A program made the translations under genes and the position numbers. From the NCBI RefSeq assembly GCF_036321535.1, contig NC_087436.1:103418001-103482000 (forward strand): DNA of 64,000 bases, written 5' to 3'. Origin of the DNA: Camelus dromedarius. Lineage: Eukaryota. Below the pieces are notes generated by a model. The model was not told the origin of the DNA and searched no databases. It worked only from the letters and a program-made list of their open reading frames with translations. Positions 1-11,075 of the stretch are shown piece by piece. Each line of letters opens with the position of its first letter. Positions within the stretch are counted from its first letter, which is position 1.

Positions 1-924
1 ATTAGATAACATATTCAGAGATTATGGGAATTCAAATATTGACATCACTGGGGGCCTAATTCAGCCATATATACCAACACGATAACAAATCCTTTATATT
101 CAGAGACTATTAGAAACTCACAAATCTGTGAATTCACTGTAATAGTTGTTTTAGTCACAATCACCTAACTAGGGAGGTTTTGCTTGTTTGTGAGTTTTAT
201 TTGTTTCTTCTATTTGTGTAACTGAATTTGGCAAAATCTCAGGAAATGTGGGGATTTTGGTGTGATACATGAGAGGGGAATGTCTTAGGATTTGTACTTT
301 TTAAGCTCCATGAATTATTTTGGATTTATTCAACTTTCGTTCAATAAATATTAATGTTTTAGAAGCTGAAAAATTTAAAGTAACCACATTTTATGTTGGA
401 AAACTAAATAAAAATTTAATAGACATGACAAATGAAATATTTTTCTTAAATTGTAAAAGTCTCCACAAATAAAATATTAAGGGGACTAGATTGAGCATGA
501 GATGAGGAAACAAAACATAAAGACCTGCTACTGACAGAAAGAATATTTGCCACAGTTAGTCTTGCTGGTTTGTTTTGTTTGTTTATCTTAACCAACTCTG
601 AATTTGGCACCTTTGAAAATGCTTTTTCTCCCTCACCACCTGTGATGGTTATTTCTATATGTCAACTTGACAAGGCCACTCTCCTCCAATTCTGTTTCAA
701 CTGATGGGCAAACTTGATTCTGCCTAATGAGTCAGTAGAGATGAGGACATAAATTTATTCGAGGACATTTATGTCAACGTCACTTTAAGGAAAGGTGACA
801 GTGTGCTCTCAAGATGTAAAACATTCAAGGTCATTCTATTCTCAGTTTAGTCCCTTAAAGCACTGTTCAGATGATACATCCATTCAACACATGGATGAGA
901 AGCAGAGTCTGCTATTTACATAAT

Positions 925-1070
925 GAAGAGGACATTGGGTAAAGGACTGAGCTGGGAGCAGGAAGACCCCTGTTCCAGTCCAATCTGATCATCCGTAAAC
1001 TTTTAGATCCTTGAAAAATGCACACAACCTTGAAATGTTTCAATATCTTCAGATGTTAAAGGTAGAATAT
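925..1070 (+). mobile_element. MIR-family SINE remnant
   Basis: Degenerate MIR head and core (ctgggagcaggaagacccctgttccagtcc...ccttgaaaaatgcacacaacctt). Confidence 0.55.
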
Positions 1071-1149
1071 TCTTTGGTTATTAACTGAAATCATTTTTTG
1101 TTTGGGAAGTTTATGGTTAGAACCTGATTTTAAATACAAATTCAGACAC

Positions 1150-1345
1150 CATAACAATAACCTCAATTAAGTAAACACAGTGCTTACAATGTGCTAGACA
1201 ATGCTTAGTGTTTCCTGTGACATAGGTATTGCTACTGTCCTCATTCGATAGATGAGAAGACTGGGGCACAGAGATCTGTATCTTACCCAAGGTCACAGAT
1301 TTGCACCTTGAAGTCTGGCTCCAAGGTCCTTTGCCTCTTTCATTC
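1150..1345 (-). mobile_element. MIR SINE
   Basis: Antisense MIR core 'atagatgagaagactggggcacagag...cccaaggtcacag'. Confidence 0.75.
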
Positions 1346-2319
1346 TGCCACATAGTAGTATTTGTCAGACTTTGATGTAAATAAAAACAAGTAATGATCA
1401 CAAAATTTGATCACAATCATTGCCAATGTAATGCTAACATCATTTTATCTCTCCTGATGTATATAGCCCCATACTCTTATGTCTTCAGTTTAACCTGGTG
1501 TCTTTTATTCTTTTTCCTACAAGTATCTTTCTTCCCTGTTCTTTTGTCCGTCAACATATCAACAAAATTATTGTTTAAGTTTCAATTTCCTTCATGAAAA
1601 AATGACTGAGAAACCACCTTAATGACCTGAAATATGGTACAGATGCTAAATGATTACAGTCAAGGCTGGAAGTCTGTGGCGTCTACTTGAGTAGGTACTG
1701 GGCTTATGTCCATCAACTATCTTTCTTATCATCCACTGGATTAAAATCTTCTTGAGATCAGAGATGACATCTGGGTACTGAATGAATAAATGAAATCAAA
1801 GAGGACATTGCTCTCTTCATATTAAATTTTAAAAAATAGTAGCTCAGAATGTTCAAATACCCTGATCATTGTAACACACGTGAGAGGTGATCAGCTGGAA
1901 TCTGAACTTTGCACACTTACTTCTTGGAAGTGATATTTGCACAATGCCACCTCTGTCCAACCAGGAGAACTTGGAGAAGCATTGCACCTATCCCTCAGTA
2001 AAGAGCCAAATCATAAGCAGTCAGATCCATAGACATTAAAAATTTTAATCTAGTCTTTCTGGATAAAAAAATACATAGATCATGTATATTATTAACTTTA
2101 TTCATTATCATTTTCCCAGGCTTAAATGGTTACATCATTCTTTTATCTGTGTAAAGCCAACGAATGGGCCAGTTCTTATTAGTGATGATGTCCTTCTTGA
2201 GCCAATCTCAAGAAAGTTTGGGGATATCACCAAATTAACTTTGTAAATTCAGTTTTTATGCAGTGCTGTTAAGTCAGTTTTTTTTTTTTTATTTTAACAT
2301 AGTTTACTTCCTAGCCTAT

Positions 2320-2575
2320 TGTTTCCATCTATCACCTGACACTAACATTCCCTTCCCTCTGCTCTCTGTGTTAAACAGCACATCTCTCTCTATTCATACT
2401 TAGAACATCTTATATATCATTGTCTCATATACAACTTTTCTTACCTCCTTATACAGTATTACTATCTGGAATTTTTTGTTTAAATTTTTGGTATCAATTT
2501 CTCCCACTAGATTTTCAACTCCATGGTGATATGCATTGACTTAGTTCTGCTCACCAACGTAGCCCCACTGCCGAG
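2320..2575 (+). mobile_element. L2 LINE 3' fragment
   Basis: 'ctcccactagattttcaactccatg...ttctgctcaccaacgtagcccc' resembles the L2 3' end. Confidence 0.55.
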
Positions 2576-4451
2576 CCGCGAGAGAGGAGAGTTTGGGGGG
2601 ACACTGACCTTCCTTACATGCTCCCTTGCGTGGTTGCTAGCTAAGATTAGAGCACGTGCACGCCTTAGTCTCCCATGTTTTTCTAGGGTAGGGGCTCTCG
2701 GTCTCAAGTACATATTCTCTCCTTCCTGCAGTGCACTTAGGTAATCTGTGTTTTATTGTTTTGGGCTTTTTTTTTTTTTGCAAGGTGGCCTATCGTTTTA
2801 ATTAGGTAAATCTAGTTAACGAAGGACAGAATTTTAAAGTGCTATAAACAGCACACAACTTAAGTCTCCCCTCCAATCTCTCTCTTTTGATCATAAAACT
2901 GTCATTATAATATTCACGAATGTATCTACTTTTTCAAGTTTGTGTGTAGCAGGGAATGAAGGAAAGATCTATTGGAAATATCACTATTCCAACAGTTATT
3001 TATTAGGATCCTACAATTTCAATATACTGGCACACTGGCCAGGAACCTTGAAAGAGCCAGCAAGGGGGAGGTGTTACATGAAACAATACCACATGGGTAA
3101 ATGGATGCTTCCAGTGAGGCTGGCGTCCTTGACCTTCCAGGATGGCAGCACTCATCAGCTTACTGCAGCAGATGTCTGTGGCGTTCAGCAGCTATTTCAT
3201 GAGTAGCCTAGGACTTAGGGAGCACAGCTCACACTATGGCTGACCTTGGCTGATGTGGGTGCAGCTTTGACCCAAGCAGGCAGGAATGAGATAGGGATTA
3301 AATTATCGAGGGCAAGCGAGTCTCTTAGTTCCAGTCAAGGCTCACTTGACACAGGCTTCTCAGGCACTGAGGGGTGAAATGATTTTTGTTCTTGCAGTGT
3401 TTCTCATTGTCAACTGGCTGAGGCTTCAATCTGCAAGAACAGTTCATATCCATGGCGGCTATCATATGAGTGGGTGAGGTTTTAGTCTTTGTATTGTTCG
3501 TGTTTGACATTAATAAAGGCTATCAGTTTAGCTGTTTCAAATTCCTTCCTCTTGCCACACTTGAAAGTGCATCCGATTCCAAAGAGAGTAAAGAGGAGCC
3601 GAGCCATGGAGCTGATCTCTTAGACTCTGTGACATACTCAACACTCCCCGAGAGCCACGTCCTACCATGTATTTTCAGATTGACTCTGATGTGGTCACTA
3701 AATGTTCTGTCACCAAGGCATAATAAGACCTCCAAGACAGAGACTGGATTGAACCACAGAAGAATGGTGGACTTTATTAACTAACAGATAAGGAAGAACA
3801 AGAGAGAGAGGCATATTATGTTGGAAATGACTTTTACTTGAACCTAAGTTTAAGGGATATTGGAAGAGATTATCACTAAGTTAAAACTCAGCAAAGAAAT
3901 GCTATACATACATTCACCTTAGAAATAAGGTTTACAGGTAATTTGCAAGACATAGGGGTAAAATATAGAGAAATTTAAATGTGTTAAATGACTATGGCTC
4001 AAGCAATGGTTTTTACCTTTGGAAAAAGCAAAAGGCAGATTTTCAAGGGATGAAGAAAGAAAGGGACCCACCAAAGAGGCACCTTGAGGTCTTTACCATC
4101 AGATTTAAACTAAATGAAAGGGGAAATGAGCTACATTTACACTAAATTCTCTTCCTCTGGAAATGGCAGCATTTCTCAGCAGTGAGCCTGAGCGACTTCT
4201 CTGGAAGGAGCTCACATCCAAGAAAGCAATGAGAAGCATCATCTTATAACAGCAGATGGGAAGCATCTAGCAGCAGCAGTTAGGAAACCACTTCATGAAG
4301 ACTGGGACGGCCAGCTGGGATGGCAGTTACAGATTATTTGAACATTTGAGAGGGGATAGATCATAAAATAACTTTAAGCCTTTTCAGGTTTGTTTCAAGA
4401 TCACTGTGGTGGTTGAAAACATAGCTGTTGCTCCCCACACCCTGCAAAAAG

Positions 4452-4740
4452 TTCATTCAGTATAATTTTTGAGCATTTACTATTTGCGAGGCAATGCTTT
4501 TGCTTCTGGGGATATAAAGGGAATAGAGGCCACAAATCCCTATACGCATGGAGCATAGGTCTCGGAGAGAGAGAAAATAAACTAGATTAATAGGGAGTAT
4601 GTAGCATGAGAGAAAGTGGCGAGTGATAAGGAAAACAGAAGAGTAGGGAAGAACAGGAACTGTCCATTGAGGCAGGAATTGGTGGCCAAGGAAGGTCTTA
4701 CTAATGGGAATGAGACTCAAAGAGAAGCAAAGAGTATACA
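4452..4740 (-). mobile_element. L2 LINE 3' end
   Basis: 'ttcattcag...ttgagcatttactatttgcgaggcaatgc...ctggggatata' is the antisense L2 tail. Confidence 0.65.
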
Positions 4741-4898
4741 AAAAAGGAGGAAGAACCAGAGAGCAAAATAACAGATTAGAGCCAAGGTCTGGCATCGTAT
4801 CTCTTACTAAAGGGCAGATCATATAAAATATAGAGGAGAATGTAAGGAAAGAAAAGTCCAGACCTCAGAGAGCAGGGAAAATTAAAAGGAGAGTGTAT

Positions 4899-5253
4899 GA
4901 GGGAATTACCAAGATGGCAGAGTAGAAGGACCCAGTGCTCACCCTCTCGCACAAATACATCAAATACTACGTCTACATACAGATCAATTCACACAAAATA
5001 CCACTGAACTTGGGTGGAATATTTACTATTGGAACTACAAGGAAAATCCTTATGAAACCAGATAAACAACAAGTTTCTACTGTACGGCACAGGGGACTAT
5101 ATTCAATATCTTGTAGTAACCTATAATGAAAAAGAATATGAAAAGGAGTATATGTATGTACATGTATGACTGAAACATTATGCTGTACACCAGAAATCGA
5201 CATATTATAAATTAACTATACTTCAATAAAAATAAAAAAGAAAAGAGAAAAAA
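4899..5253 (+). mobile_element. Bipartite mini-L1: L1 5' UTR start (~160 bp) fused to L1 3' UTR and A-tail, with TSD
   Basis: Starts gagggaattacCAAGATGGCagagtagaaggac (L1 promoter start with YY1 motif at 4910-4918). Switches at ~5061 to L1 3' UTR (ataaacaacaagtttctactgtac...tatacttcaataaaa) and an A-tail. Flanked by aaaaggagagtgtat (4884-4898) and aaaaggagagcgaat (5254-5268), at a TT/AAAA endonuclease site. Confidence 0.85.
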
Positions 5254-5379
5254 AAAAGGAGAGCGAATAAAACACTACAAGCAGTGTTCACCCCACATGT
5301 GATGTAAAAGGAAAAAAATCAATTTAGGGAGCAGACAAGAATGCTCAAAACTCAACAGGACACGACACCTGTATTTAGG

Positions 5380-5650
5380 GTATTCTGTATGATACCATAA
5401 TGGTGGTATACATCACTATAGATTTGTCCAACACTAAGAGTGAACGTTAATATAAATTACAGACCATGGGTGATTATGATGTGTCAATGTAGGTTCATCA
5501 GTTGTAAAAAAACTACCCCTCTGGTGGGGGATGCTGATCATGGGGGAAGCTCTGCATGTGTGGTGGCAGGAGAAATGGGAATATATGGGAAATATCTGTA
5601 CCTTGCCCCTAATTTTGCTCTAAACATATTTAATTTCTCTTTTTAAAAAG
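5380..5650 (+). mobile_element. Old L1 (L1MC-like) 3' end
   Basis: 'gggtgattatgatgtgtcaatgtaggttcatcagttgtaa...ctggtgggggatgctgat'; homologous to 24080-24330 (-) and 62700-62960 (+). Confidence 0.85.
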
Positions 5651-6417
5651 CCTTAATAATAATAAAAGAACTTAAGTGAACAAAAATTTGCAACAGTCAT
5701 GGGTAAATCATTAAGGACAAAGAATCAATAATAATAAACTTAGCAGGGCCTTCTGGAAAGGAGAAACAGGGAGAGGATCAAAGTATTTGAGGACTAGCCC
5801 ACTGTAGCAGAAAAAGATGAAACGGTAGAAAGGATGTGCTTTGCCAGCAAAATACAGCAAGTTATTTCAGTTCCGAGAAATCCAAAAGCAAAGCAGAGGA
5901 AAGGCAACTCTTAGGGTGAGCACATGTAACAAGGTCTCAGCATTTACTGGGTCTCCTGGGGCAACACCTTCTGAAGCCTGAGCCGCACCTGCGGGCGGAG
6001 ATCTGCTGTTGCTGATTCTGCAGATGAGACAAACGTGGAGAGAGAGCATTACTTGGCATCCAAGGGGGTGGGGGATTTAATAGGTTTCAAATTATGGAGG
6101 ATGGAGGAAAAAAGGAATCAGTCGAGGAACCACTAGTACAAATTTGAAAAGTCTTCAAAAAGGCTCAAATGTCTCAAATAATATTCTGAGAGATGGGAAT
6201 CGGTTTGCTTAGGTGGGTCCTCCCCCCGCTATCTGATAAGAATGGTGCTATAATGTACACCATCATGTCGGGAAGTGGGCTCTAAGCTCACAGGTCTTAG
6301 ACTGTGAACAACCAGACTAGGTTGCTTGAGATTCTAGTAGAGACACAGTTGAGGAAATTTACTCTTCTTTCTGTCTTTGGTCTTTAACAGTAATTTGGGT
6401 TCGAAATAAACCAAGTT

Positions 6418-6628
6418 CAACCAACCCTTGAGCAACACAGGTTTGAACTGTGTGTGTCCACTTACATGCAGATTATTTTCAGTAGTAAATACTGCGGTAC
6501 CGCATGACCAGTGGTTGGCTGAATCCACAGAACCAAGGGTATGGAAGGCCGACTATAAATTATACTTGGATTTTTGACTGCATGGAAGGTCGGCACCCTT
6601 AACCCCCACACTGCTCAAGGGTCAACTG
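6418..6628. mobile_element. Tigger2-family MITE (Tigger2a-like)
   Basis: Terminal inverted repeats caaccaacccttgagcaac / ctgctcaagggtcaactg; internal 'ggtttgaactgtgtgtgtccacttac'. Confidence 0.8.
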
Positions 6629-7782
6629 CACTGGATTATAAAGACACCATTTACGTGTAACTCATGTAGATGCTGGGGTTGCATGTGTTCTCCAAATGGT
6701 GAGGGTTTGGTACCAGTGCTGTGAAGATCTCATGTGGTGGGTTAATTTTTTGAACTTCTAAAAACTAGGGCACATGAGAAACTTTGAGTAAAAGTATTTG
6801 AATTTCAGAGGTCCTGATTGAACCTTAGTCCTTCCAATAAATGGACCCAAGCTATAACAAATAAGGGAAACTCTATTTCCACAGGCGTTTGACCAAGACT
6901 TATCTGACTGAAATTGAGTAGAGAAAGAAATTAAAGAGGAAAAACCCCTCACTTTTGGATTAATTTCTTTGGGGTTTAACTTAAAACTTTGTTTTCAGTT
7001 TTAACTTAAAACAGAATAAGGGTTCCAATTCGGGGCTTCGATTTCTACTTATGAATTTAATGATGGCAGACAGTATTCAAAGTTTTAAGTGATAACATTT
7101 AAAAATATTTTATCCTTAGAATAATCATGTTATTCACACACTTCACCTGGCTTCCTGCACAGTATTACTGGATCACCTAACTGGTCATATTTTAGATAAA
7201 ATATAGAATAGGAGGTGAACTTAGAAGGTCGCAGTTAGAGTTAAAAGTTATTTTAATTTGCAAACTCTTCATTTCTTAGCTTTCTGGGGCCTGCGTTAAC
7301 TGCATGCCAGAGGTCCAAAAGGATGCAAAAAGATGTTGCTGTGGCAATGTTTTCATGAAATAGGAGCAGAGGTGTTGATCTTTCTAGAGAGGTCAGCCAC
7401 AGCTTGAGTGAACCTGACCCTTTATTTTGAAACCAAAAGAGCTAAGAGGACACAATCTGGGGGCATTAAGAGGGATTTCCTCTGCCATCATGTTCCTTAG
7501 GCAGGCTGCCTCTAATGTCACACACCTGGTGATGCTATCAACCACATTCACTCATCCTAAGGATGCTGAGAAGGAGACAAGGAGAGTCAGTCCACGGCCA
7601 TGCTTAGAGGAATTTCCTCTCTTCAGTCTGTGGACAGAGAGCTGAGGATTGCTCACAGAGATCCAGTACTGCTTCCCCAACCTTATGCACCTGCCTGAAA
7701 GCTGAGATGTTGCTCTCCATTTGACAGACAGGCAACCGGCAGAGACCCAGGTCAAAACCGCACAGTGAGCCTCTGAGGTTGA

Positions 7783-7915
7783 CATCACTACCCTCACATT
7801 AGAGATTAAGAAACTGTTACTCAGAACTAAGCAACCTTCCCAGAGACACACAGTAAATGACAGGAAAGAATTCAAGACTGGGTCTGTCTCACTTAAAAGC
7901 ACCTGATGCTCCCAC
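7783..7915 (-). mobile_element. MIR SINE
   Basis: Antisense MIR core 'agattaagaaactgttactcaga...cccagagacacacag...gaattcaagactgggtctgtct'. Confidence 0.6.
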
Positions 7916-8629
7916 AGTCTAACATCCCTCAAGAACTGGCCCTTGACTCCCTCCCTAACCACATCTCCCACAACTTAACCTCAGGAATCTTTTTTCCCTC
8001 TGTCATATCACACTAATTAATGCTCAATAAATACTGTATGTTCTCTTAGTCTCCCATGTCTTTCCACATCCTACTTCTTGCCTTTAAATTTGCATTACTC
8101 CTTCCTATCCTCCAGCTATTCACAAACCCTGGTCTTGTTTTACTCCTGTTGTCCTCCGCAGTACCTCCAGGTAACCCCATTCCCTCATCACACCCAAGAT
8201 CTCCTAGGGCATCACTCACTGCAGTAGCACACACCTGCTCTCTTAACTGTATCTGAACATCTCCGTATTTCCTGCACTAACAGAATTCCGAGCACGTAGT
8301 AATTGCTTAGTGTTTGTAGAATGAAGTTCCTTCTCATTTTTCAGTCCTTTTAACCTAATGAAACACTCATGCAATGTAATCGCAATTGATCCAGCATTTA
8401 GTAGCACTGAGGAGCTTACATCACCTGCAGACTAGATGGAAGACTGGGACTCCCTCTACCTGATCTTGGATAATCAGACTAAACAATGAGTCTCAACTTT
8501 GATGCCTGAGGGATTGTTCTTTTCATGCTTCACTCATCCATTCATTACCAAAGAGGTGGAAGTGTGAGATCTACGACAAAACATCTTTCCCTTTCTGACA
8601 GTTGCTCTTAAACGAAATATTCCTCCTTT

Positions 8630-8750
8630 GAAACCCTGTCCAAAGTTTTGAAATCATAAATTTGTACACTTACCATGTTTACTGGCCATCTCTTTAAAAA
8701 AAAATAGATTAGTCAAACATGGTTTTCCCCTAAAGAGCCTGCTTATCTTT
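8630..8750 (-). mobile_element. CR1/L3 LINE RT-region remnant
   Basis: 'ctgtccaaagttttgaaatc...aaaatagattagtcaaacatggttttcc' resembles antisense L3 sequence as remembered. Confidence 0.4.
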
Positions 8751-9374
8751 ATCCACTAGATCTGTCTGACTGCTCAATATCAATGGTTTTTATTTGGGAA
8801 TTTACCAATCAGCCCACTATTTCCTGTGTTAATCAAGGAGCAAATGAGACTAGATACACCCTATCAGAGAACTCAGTTTCCATACTGCAGTGGAGAGAAG
8901 TATCTCCTATCCTCAAAGAGTTAATGAGCTTCTCTGAGCATCTGCTTCATTTCTAGACTGACTTCTGCACTGAGAAAAATCTGGTTTCGCGTTCGGAGAT
9001 GTTTCCAAATGGATCAGCGCTTTGCACGTTTGGGAGGCATGCGCCACGGCAGGACACACAGTTTATCAAATTGTGTTCATAAGAAAGTAGTCCTGAAATT
9101 AGACCCTCCTCTTGACGTTTTTCTTCTGTCATTTCTGAGATTTAAGAAAGGCTTCAAGACCAAATATTGTTACTTCTATGTGATACTGCCCCAGCCCCTG
9201 GTGAGAAATTACACTCGTAACAGCTTGAGGTGCATTTACTCACAGATGATACGCTCGTACAATTCATGGCGAGCTTTACAACTCCTCTGATTTGAAGTAG
9301 GTCACAAAGAAGAGTTTTAAAACTCTATGTGATATGCGCTTTTTTTTTCATCAGGAAATTTTGCTATTTTTAGC

Positions 9375-9555
9375 ATGGGAGGGGACTTTTGGGATGATCT
9401 CATGCAATCCCTTAATTTTATAGATTAAGAACCGGAGACCTGGGAAGGTTAATTGATTGTCCCAAAGTCCCAGAGCTAGTTAGTGGCAGAGCCAACACCA
9501 CAGTCCATCATTTTTCTGTCTCAAAGGCTCTCTCCCCACTACACCAGGCTGCCTC
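9375..9555 (-). mobile_element. MIR SINE (MIRc/MIR3-like)
   Basis: 'ttttatagattaagaaccggagacctgggaaggttaa...cccaaagtcccagagctagttagtggcagagcc...ccactacaccaggctgcctc'. Confidence 0.8.
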
Positions 9556-10129
9556 CAGTCTCTGGCTACGCAAACCAGGCTTCTGAAGTACATTATTAAA
9601 GGATTATCTGTTCTACCCTTAGTGGCTGGGTCAGCAATGAGATTATTAAATTTTTATCTCATTCAGAGCTCTCCAACCTGGGAGATTCTCATTTGCCAGA
9701 CTTAATCTGCCAAAAATATGCGGAGGCAAGTAACGACACACACAGTAATCACAGAATTAGACACTGAAAGTCATTAGCTGGGCAATTCCTGGTACGGTCT
9801 TCAGCCAAATTGTGTCGTGGTTTTTAAAAAAAAAAAAAGAAAAAAAAGCATTTCTCCTCTCCACTTAGTATCCACAAAAATCTGCACACAGATAGCCTGG
9901 TCTGAACCTGCACTGACAGCTCCCGGAAGTGCCTACACTCTGACATCTGCCTAAATGCCAGATGAAGCTGCCGTATGATAATGAATACAAAATGAATTAA
10001 TAATGATATGTGAATCATGAATACAATTTACAGTTCCTCAGACAAAACAGTGTCTTTTTTAGCCTGCACCTGCATAAACTACCTCCTGCAAGCCTCAGTC
10101 CCAACCCGCCAAGCTCTCTTCTGGCACAC

Positions 10130-10148
10130 CACCGCCATCTACTGTTTC
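10130..10148 (-). promoter_or_regulatory. Candidate CTCF binding motif
   Basis: Minus strand GAAACAGTAGATGGCGGTG matches the CTCF core CCA(G/C)(C/T)AG(A/G)(G/T)GGC(A/G) with one mismatch at the first C; lies in non-repeat sequence and keeps its CpG. Confidence 0.6.
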
Positions 10149-10709
10149 TGGGCAGAATGGCAGCCTTCCTCCAAGCTTGCATCCCAAGCTTGCGCCTGCT
10201 CTTTCTTATTAACAAACAGACATTTGTTTCTTAAGTCTCTGGCTGTTCAAAGGTGAGCTCTCATCCTTCTTTCAATAACCTTTGTTATAAATAATTTGAA
10301 ATGACTCTGGGGCTAAAATAGTTGAAGGCTTTTTATTTTTTTTATCACACCACAGAAACTAAACACAAGATATAATACATTCTTGAACTCAAAGCTGTTT
10401 TTTTTTTAAATAATTCAATAACAATGTATTTATTTCTCTTTCACTGCCTTTACATATAACGCTCTTTATGGAAGTCCATCGGCTTATCAACCCTTCTGAG
10501 GCTTTTAACATTTTCCCCACACAGTAAACTCAGCAGTTCTAGACTCCGTAGTGAGACATCATTAAAATCATTTAAGTGATATTGGCTTTATTCCCTCCAC
10601 CCTGTAGTGGGCATTTGCTGTTTTTTCCCACTTTTTTTCCCACTGCCACCAGCATCTATTATTTAAGTGTGTCTGAATTTCTCCCCTTAGAGTCAGAGGA
10701 TGCTAAGGA

Positions 10710-11075
10710 ATGATATGCTTTTAGGAAAGATGACTTTGGCCTCTCGGTTGAGAAGAGTGGACAGGGGAAGTGTGTAGGGAGGGAAGTTAGGAAGCTGGTG
10801 TGGGAATTCAGATGAGCCATAACTGTGTCTTCACTTAGTGCAGAGATGATGGAGGAGGTGAGAAGTGGCAGGATTAAGGGTATATTTTGAAGGTAGGGTT
10901 AATAAGCATTGCTGATAAACTGGATTTGATGTTAAGAAAGAAAAAGAAGCCTCAAAGATGACATCTTGATTTTTGTTCTGAATAACAGATTTGGAGAGGA
11001 AATCAAGAATTCTGTTTTAGACATTTTAGAAGAATATGAGATTCCTGCTTGATGTTCATATAGAGCTGGCTGGTG
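10710..11075 (-). mobile_element. L2 LINE fragment
   Basis: 'ttttaggaaagatgactttggc...ggtgagaagtggcaggatt...tatattttgaaggtag...caaagatgacatcttgatttttg' is typical antisense L2. Confidence 0.8.

Noticed and set aside
641..680. MLT2-like LTR start tgtgatggttatttctatatgtcaacttgac
   Set aside because: Only ~40 bp recognisable; too short to delimit as an element.
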